Assembly: GCA_965222075.1 (NCBI GenBank)
Contig: OZ244937.1
Span: 4,352,001-4,416,000 of the forward strand
Direction: 5' to 3'
Source: Candidatus Latescibacterota bacterium
GTDB lineage: Bacteria > Latescibacterota > UBA2968 > GCA-2709665
Length of the DNA stretch: 64,000 nt
The notes beneath the pieces are model-generated. The model was given only the letters and a program-made list of their open reading frames with translations. It had not been told where the DNA came from and made no database searches. This document shows positions 58,586 through 64,000 of the stretch, piece after piece (position 1 is the first letter of the stretch; the number at the start of each line of letters is the position of its first letter). Both the position numbers and the translations under genes were made by a program.

Positions 58586-61500
58586 GTGCTCTTAGGGGCT
58601 GCCCTGACGGTTGGAGCGGTGTGGGCCGGTTCTGTTCAGGCGAAGGAGGTATCAGAGATGAACGCGGAGGTGATACAATCCAATCTGGTCCCCAATGGGG
58701 GGTTTGAGGCCGATACCGATGGTATGCCCGATGGGTGGGAATTGGACGTGGATTCAGACGATTTCCTGTTTACAGGTAAATTGTCCACCCGGTCCCATTC
58801 GGGTCGGTACAGCTTCTGCGCTGAGAAGGGCATGGGGAGACGGGGAACGGACCTGCGTTCGCCGAGCTTCGATCTCAAGCTGAATGCTGCGTACGAGGTA
58901 AGCGTCTGGCTGAGGATGGACAGCCGGTTTCCAAAGGACACGGTTCGCCTGCGCGTGCGCGCCAACACCCACAGCGAGTTATTCGATTTGAATGTGAAGA
59001 GGGCCTGGAGGAAGTCCACGGTTCTATTCCGCACAGAGTCCGGGACCACCTCAGGAAGCGTCCAGTTTGATCAGCTCGGCGGCCTGGCCGAGAGGCTCTA
59101 CATCGACGACGTGGAGGTCAGAGAGACGGAAGCCGAGGATGACAGGCCCCCTATTCAGAAGACGGACCTTTCTGAATTCACCTTTCCCCGTTACCGGCCG
59201 AGGTTGGAGCATACCGCGGAGGAGATTGAGGAGATCAAGCGGTCTGTGGAGGGGCGTGATATCCGTGAACACCGGTGGGTGCAGAATGCCGACCCCTGGC
59301 TGGAGAAGCAGTTCCATTTCTTCGAGGAGGGGTACGACTTCAAAAAATACTGGACGATCGGGCGCCATTGTCCGGTAGACGCCACGCAGCTCAAGCCGGT
59401 TATACATCCCGACGGTACGACCGAGATGAAATGTCCGGCGTGCGGCCGGGTCTACCGGAACGAGGAACACAGGGCGTGCGCACGGGCCATGTACAACGAA
59501 CAGATGGCGCGCGGCGCAGGCTGGCTGGGCAAGGCTTATGCGCTTACCGGCGACGTGCGGTATGCCCGCCGGGCTGCGGAGATCCTGGTGGGGTTTGCCG
59601 GGCGTTACAAGCAGTGGGGCGGGGGCGGTCACGCGGTGCTGTATATGCTGCGGGAGTCCAATGGGTTTCTCATTCCCTGCACAACGGCGTACGACTACAT
59701 CTACGACAGCGGCGTTTTGTCGGCGGAAGACCACCGGAAGATCGAAGAAGACTTCTTCCGGGTGGCCGGCGAGTATTATTCAAACCACGCCGATACGAAT
59801 GGGCGGATGAACAACCGGGGAGCGATCCACAATCGGAATGTGATGGCCATCGGGTCGGCCATCAACGACAGGGGCTTCGTGGATCAGGCGCTTAACAGCC
59901 CGCATTCGGGCTTTCACGCCCTGGCAGCGCGCATATTCGATCCGGACGGCCTGGCGTGGGAAGGGTTCGGTTACCATACCTACACACTGGTCGGCCTTTC
60001 TCCCATTGCGGAGATGGCGTACCGGATCGGGATCAATGTCTATGATGATCCGTCGTATCGTAAGGTATTCGAGGCGCCGCTGCAGGTGTTTTTGCCCGGG
60101 GAGGTGGGCCCGGAATCTCGCCATCGCCTGTTGGACCAGTATGAGATTGCTTGTCGAAGGTTTGCCGAATTGGGGAAGGCGATAGCGTTCCCGTTCGACA
60201 AGGAGGATAAGGTTAAGGTCATTCCCTCCTCATCGTTCAACTTCAAGCATTTTGGGTATGGGGTGCTGCGGTCGGGGGAGGGTGAGGATCAGATCTATCT
60301 CTCGATGAGCTATGGCAAAGAGGCGATGTTTATGGGGCATGCCCCCGCGCTGAAGTTCGGGTTGGTGCTCTACGCGAACCGCCGGTTGCTGACCCCAAGG
60401 GGGATGCCTTCAGGTTATGGGCATCCGTTGACCGGGGGATGGTCTCGCAATCCTCTGGCGCACAATTCCATCACGGCCGACGACACGGATCAGTGGGGCC
60501 GCACGGAAGGGAGGCTGATCGCTTTTGAGGCCGCTCCCCGAGTGAAGGTGATGCGAGCGACAGACGACGAAGCTTATGGGGGAATCACTCTGGACCGGAC
60601 GCTGTTTCTCACGGACGGGTACGTGGTGGACCTTTCGGGCGCATATGCCAAGAGCGGACGGCACCGGTACGACCTGTGCTACCGGAGCTTCGGGGAGCTG
60701 AGTTGCCCGCTGCCGTTCGAGGGCCGGGAGGAGCCACTCGGCGTCGGGTACGGCTATCAGTACCTGACGGATGCGAGGAGCAAGCGTACCGACGAAACGT
60801 GGTCCGCAGATTGGCGCCAGGCCCAGGACAGCGCGTTGAAGGTTACGGTTCTGGGCGGGCCTGAGACGGAGGTGATTGCCTGCACTTCGCCGAGCAATAC
60901 GGACCGGGACGACGATGTGAATGCCATGGTTGCCCGCCGGTCGGCGCAGGGGACGGTGTTCACCACGGTGTGGGAGCCTTATCGGGAAAAGCCATTCCTA
61001 TCCCGGATCGTATCCTTGCCGGTGAAAGGCAAGGGGGACGGGCCGGATCAGGCCGGGGGCGTTGGGGTCGAGGTGATCAGGAATGGTTCAGAGGCCACGG
61101 AGTGTTTTCTGGCTTCTTACGCCCCTGAGGTGAAGAGGTACGGCGACATTGAACTTGACGGGAAGGTTGCCGCTGGCCGCTGGGAGGACGGAGAGGCAGA
61201 GCCGGCTTACGTGTACCTGGTCAACGGCGTGTTGGTGAGGCGAGGGTCACACTCGGTTGAGGCAAGCGCTCCAGCTTCGATCTACGTGGAACGGCTGTCC
61301 GACGGGGGGTTGCTGGTAAAGACGGGAACCGGCAGGTCCGGGAGTGTGACGATCGAGGGCGAATTGTCTGCCGAGGTCAAAGTGGTAAGCGAAGGGGAAC
61401 AGGTCGAGATCGAGGTTCAAGACAGAAAAGCTCTCAGCTTCGGTGCCACAGAGGAGGCTTCCTACCAGGTTACTGGCATAGACGAATGGAGGAACGTGAG

Positions 61501-62182
61501 GCTTGAGTGTGAAGCTCAGGCAGTGAGGGAAGAGACAGAAGCAGAGGAGGCCGGTCCTGAGGTGAACGCATCCGAGCCAGAGGGCAGGATTGAGGTGCCC
61601 CTGGCGGAGGATGGGTCGCTTGCAGGGGTGAACAAGATTGCCAACGGAGGGTTCGAGGTCAACTACAAGACACACGCTGAGATCGAAGACCCCTGGGAGT
61701 GCTGGAACTCATACTACTGGGCGAAGTTTCGCCCTGCGTACGAATATGATGGCGAGGTGGTTCACAGCGGGAAGTACTCGATCAAGATCCCACAGGAGAA
61801 CTGGGCGAACGAGGCGACCCGGGACGGGTGGATTCAGCAGAAAGTCTCTGGTTCTGGAGCGAATAAGACGTATACGCTCTCGGCCTGGGTGAAGTCGAGT
61901 CTGGAGCCGACACGGGTGAGGCTGTGCATCTACGGCTGGAATCCGGCGTGGGGGAGAGATTTCGAGGGCGGCGTGTCACCCCGGCTCAATGTGGGGACGG
62001 AGTGGCAGCGGATCAGCTGGACGCGGAGGTTTGGGCCGGAGATTACCGATGTGTATGTGATGGTGAAGCGGGAGCACCAGGTGCTGGGTGGAGATGTGTG
62101 GATTGATGATGTGCAGCTGGAGGAGGGTGGGGAAACGACGGATTTCGCAGCGGATGCCTGGACGGAGGCGGCTGAAAGGTGA
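58586..62182 (+). CDS. Secreted multidomain polysaccharide lyase (CBM4/9-like, CxxC insert, alginate lyase-like toroid, heparinase II/III, CBM4/9-like)
   Basis: Signal peptide, NLVPNGGFE and NKIANGGFE CBM starts, CPV...CPACG, DGLAWEGFGYH and AHNSITAD. Confidence 0.85.
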   Translation: MLLGAALTVGAVWAGSVQAKEVSEMNAEVIQSNLVPNGGFEADTDGMPDGWELDVDSDDFLFTGKLSTRSHSGRYSFCAEKGMGRRGTDLRSPSFDLKLNAAYEVSVWLRMDSRFPKDTVRLRVRANTHSELFDLNVKRAWRKSTVLFRTESGTTSGSVQFDQLGGLAERLYIDDVEVRETEAEDDRPPIQKTDLSEFTFPRYRPRLEHTAEEIEEIKRSVEGRDIREHRWVQNADPWLEKQFHFFEEGYDFKKYWTIGRHCPVDATQLKPVIHPDGTTEMKCPACGRVYRNEEHRACARAMYNEQMARGAGWLGKAYALTGDVRYARRAAEILVGFAGRYKQWGGGGHAVLYMLRESNGFLIPCTTAYDYIYDSGVLSAEDHRKIEEDFFRVAGEYYSNHADTNGRMNNRGAIHNRNVMAIGSAINDRGFVDQALNSPHSGFHALAARIFDPDGLAWEGFGYHTYTLVGLSPIAEMAYRIGINVYDDPSYRKVFEAPLQVFLPGEVGPESRHRLLDQYEIACRRFAELGKAIAFPFDKEDKVKVIPSSSFNFKHFGYGVLRSGEGEDQIYLSMSYGKEAMFMGHAPALKFGLVLYANRRLLTPRGMPSGYGHPLTGGWSRNPLAHNSITADDTDQWGRTEGRLIAFEAAPRVKVMRATDDEAYGGITLDRTLFLTDGYVVDLSGAYAKSGRHRYDLCYRSFGELSCPLPFEGREEPLGVGYGYQYLTDARSKRTDETWSADWRQAQDSALKVTVLGGPETEVIACTSPSNTDRDDDVNAMVARRSAQGTVFTTVWEPYREKPFLSRIVSLPVKGKGDGPDQAGGVGVEVIRNGSEATECFLASYAPEVKRYGDIELDGKVAAGRWEDGEAEPAYVYLVNGVLVRRGSHSVEASAPASIYVERLSDGGLLVKTGTGRSGSVTIEGELSAEVKVVSEGEQVEIEVQDRKALSFGATEEASYQVTGIDEWRNVRLECEAQAVREETEAEEAGPEVNASEPEGRIEVPLAEDGSLAGVNKIANGGFEVNYKTHAEIEDPWECWNSYYWAKFRPAYEYDGEVVHSGKYSIKIPQENWANEATRDGWIQQKVSGSGANKTYTLSAWVKSSLEPTRVRLCIYGWNPAWGRDFEGGVSPRLNVGTEWQRISWTRRFGPEITDVYVMVKREHQVLGGDVWIDDVQLEEGGETTDFAADAWTEAAER

Positions 62183-62204
62183 CCCTTGGGATAGGAGGAC
62201 AGAT

Positions 62205-64000
62205 GTGGTAGGCGATGCCCACATAGGGTCGCCGGCAGCGCCTCTTCAGGCCCCCGCCTCAGCTCCCACCCCTTCACGGGTTACGGGGGGAGTTACGGCC
62301 CGGTCCGTGCTCCTGGGCCTCGGGATGGTCATCGGGATAGATGTTTTGGCGATTCACGTGAAGTATATGCTTCCCCGCGGCCCGATGATGGCCTACAGCC
62401 ACGTCCCGATGGTTATGCTGATCGGTTTTGTCCTGATGCTCTTTGCAGGGGCGATTGCTGCACGGTGGTCGGGGACCGCCTTATCGTCCCCGGAGTGGCA
62501 TACGGTTCTGGCAATGGGAATTGTGGGAGCGGCTGTTCTGTTTTACGGGTACTCCGGCTACCTGATTACGTACATGGGTGCTCCGTATTACTATGCCACC
62601 GGTGAGAACGAATGGTTCAAGTACCTGCATCCCTACATCGCGGAGTGGCTGTTTCCCGGAAATGAAGAGAAAGCGGTGACCTTTTTCTGGGAGGGACTGC
62701 CAAAAGGCGCAGGTGTACCCTGGGGGCAATGGATCCTGCCGCTGCTGTGGTGGGGCGGATTGACCGCTGCGGCTTTTTTTGTGTATGTCTGCGTGACCGT
62801 GATCTTCCGCAAGCAGTGGGTACACAACGAGCGGATGGCCTATCCGGCCATGGCCCCGCTGGTCGAAATGGCCTCCAACCCGGGGGATGGTAGCGGGCTC
62901 CTCCCGGCGTTCTCCCAGCACACCCTCTTCCGGATCGGCTTTGGAGTCGTCTTCGGAATGATCGCCTGGAATTGTGTCAGCTACTTCTACCCCACCTTCC
63001 CCCAGTTCCCCATCTACGCGCAAGGTAGCAGGGCGTGGCAGGGGGGGCGCTGGATCTGGATCGGCCGGGATTTTCCTCCTATCTACGGCATCTTGGATAT
63101 TTTCACGATTTGCTTCTCCTATTTTGCGACCGTCGACGTGCTGCTCAGCATCTGGTTTTTCGACCTGCTCTTCATCTTCGAGGGGGGCATTCTGAACCGG
63201 ATCGGGTTCAACGCGACTTCGCGCTATTATTACGCAGGGGTCTGCCGCTGGCAGACGATGGGGGCCTTCGTCTTCCTGGTCATTTCGACCGTCTGGGTGG
63301 CGCGGCCCCACCTCCGGGAAGTGTTCCGGAAGACACTCAACAGGAAGACATCCATCGACGATCGGGACGAGTTGCTTTCTTATCGCACGGCAGTTGTGGG
63401 ACTGGTGATCGGCCTGATCTACATTTGGGCATGGCTTGTCCGAATTGGCTTCGATCCCCTGCAGGCGGCGCTTTTGCCGACGGGGGCGATCTTTACCTAT
63501 CTTGGGTTGGCCAGGATTCTTTCGGACACGGGTCTGCCCTACGTCAACGCCCCGGTGTGGGGGGGGTGGGGCCTGGTACGCCCCTTTCTTGACGGGGCGT
63601 CCATCGATGCGAGCACCCGGGTGGCCGCACGGACTTCCGGGGTTCTGTTGTCCAATTTCAAGGGATCGTTCCTGCCCGCCCTTACCCAGGCGGGACGGGT
63701 GGTGGAGGGGGTGCCGGGGAACCGGCGACAGGTGATGGGGGCCATTTTTCTGGCGTTCGCAACAAGTGTTGTCACCTGTGTGCTGCTGACGCTCTACCTG
63801 GGATATCAGCACGGGGCTCTGAACTTCACAGGCTGGGTGGCGATCCGGTCGGGCCATCCTCACTACGGGCACACGGCGAACTCCGTCCGAAAGTTTCTGA
63901 CGCAGGAGACCAAAGCTCCGATTTTTGTTGAGAACCCCGATGAGTTTGCCTTTTTTGGGATCGGCGCGCTGGTGATGGCAGCCCTGATCTATCTTCGGCA
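62205..64000 (+). CDS. DUF6785-type polytopic membrane protein, 3'-partial
   Basis: Not in the ORF track because it has no stop in the window. AGGAGG plus GTG at 62205, then GVTARSVLLG, PYYYATGENEW and KQWVHNERMAYP. Paralog of 46286-48337. Confidence 0.82.
   Translation, partial: MVGDAHIGSPAAPLQAPASAPTPSRVTGGVTARSVLLGLGMVIGIDVLAIHVKYMLPRGPMMAYSHVPMVMLIGFVLMLFAGAIAARWSGTALSSPEWHTVLAMGIVGAAVLFYGYSGYLITYMGAPYYYATGENEWFKYLHPYIAEWLFPGNEEKAVTFFWEGLPKGAGVPWGQWILPLLWWGGLTAAAFFVYVCVTVIFRKQWVHNERMAYPAMAPLVEMASNPGDGSGLLPAFSQHTLFRIGFGVVFGMIAWNCVSYFYPTFPQFPIYAQGSRAWQGGRWIWIGRDFPPIYGILDIFTICFSYFATVDVLLSIWFFDLLFIFEGGILNRIGFNATSRYYYAGVCRWQTMGAFVFLVISTVWVARPHLREVFRKTLNRKTSIDDRDELLSYRTAVVGLVIGLIYIWAWLVRIGFDPLQAALLPTGAIFTYLGLARILSDTGLPYVNAPVWGGWGLVRPFLDGASIDASTRVAARTSGVLLSNFKGSFLPALTQAGRVVEGVPGNRRQVMGAIFLAFATSVVTCVLLTLYLGYQHGALNFTGWVAIRSGHPHYGHTANSVRKFLTQETKAPIFVENPDEFAFFGIGALVMAALIYLR

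Noticed and set aside
58385-58588. TGA at 58520 in frame between the ceramidase-like stub and the large lyase (possible selenocysteine or readthrough)
   Set aside because: The lyase has its own RBS, GTG and signal peptide, the TGA is not at an expected Cys position, and I saw no convincing SECIS hairpin.
1-64000. CRISPR array, rRNA genes, intact transposase, integrase or prophage
   Set aside because: No regularly spaced direct repeats with unique spacers, no rRNA-like sequence, and no recognisable recombinase or phage motifs in any ORF.

Overview
A GC-rich bacterial chromosomal window. The gene content (DUF6785-type membrane proteins, heparinase II/III-like lyases, ceramidase-like hydrolases, DegT aminotransferases, many TIM-barrel isomerases) resembles uncultured Latescibacterota/Poribacteria-like genomes; this is inference only. 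From 5' to 3' it holds: a sugar-acid/glycan operon (1-5.4 kb); a TrmH methylase; a cytochrome c maturation operon with a CxxxY-type CcmE and two unusual accessory genes; an M16 peptidase pair; a 14 kb minus-strand block bracketed by a separated XPB-like helicase and Bax1-like (DUF790) nuclease; tRNA-Asp; a housekeeping run (mfd, two PPIases, S4 protein, ftsE-ftsX-envC, DHH phosphoesterase, argF); and a decaying glycan-utilisation region (49-64 kb). The most notable non-coding signals are two diverged, covarying copies of a ~125-nt structured element (18.2 kb, 26.2 kb) and a third multi-hairpin element (29.6 kb). All three resemble, from memory, the non-coding bridge/seek-RNA ends of IS110-family elements, but no recombinase is present in the window. 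The window also has several REP/MITE-like families, heptamer tandem repeats, many gene remnants and a conspicuous CTTAG/CTAAG compositional signature. I saw no CRISPR array, rRNA or intact transposase. All family assignments come from motif recognition by eye, not database searches.
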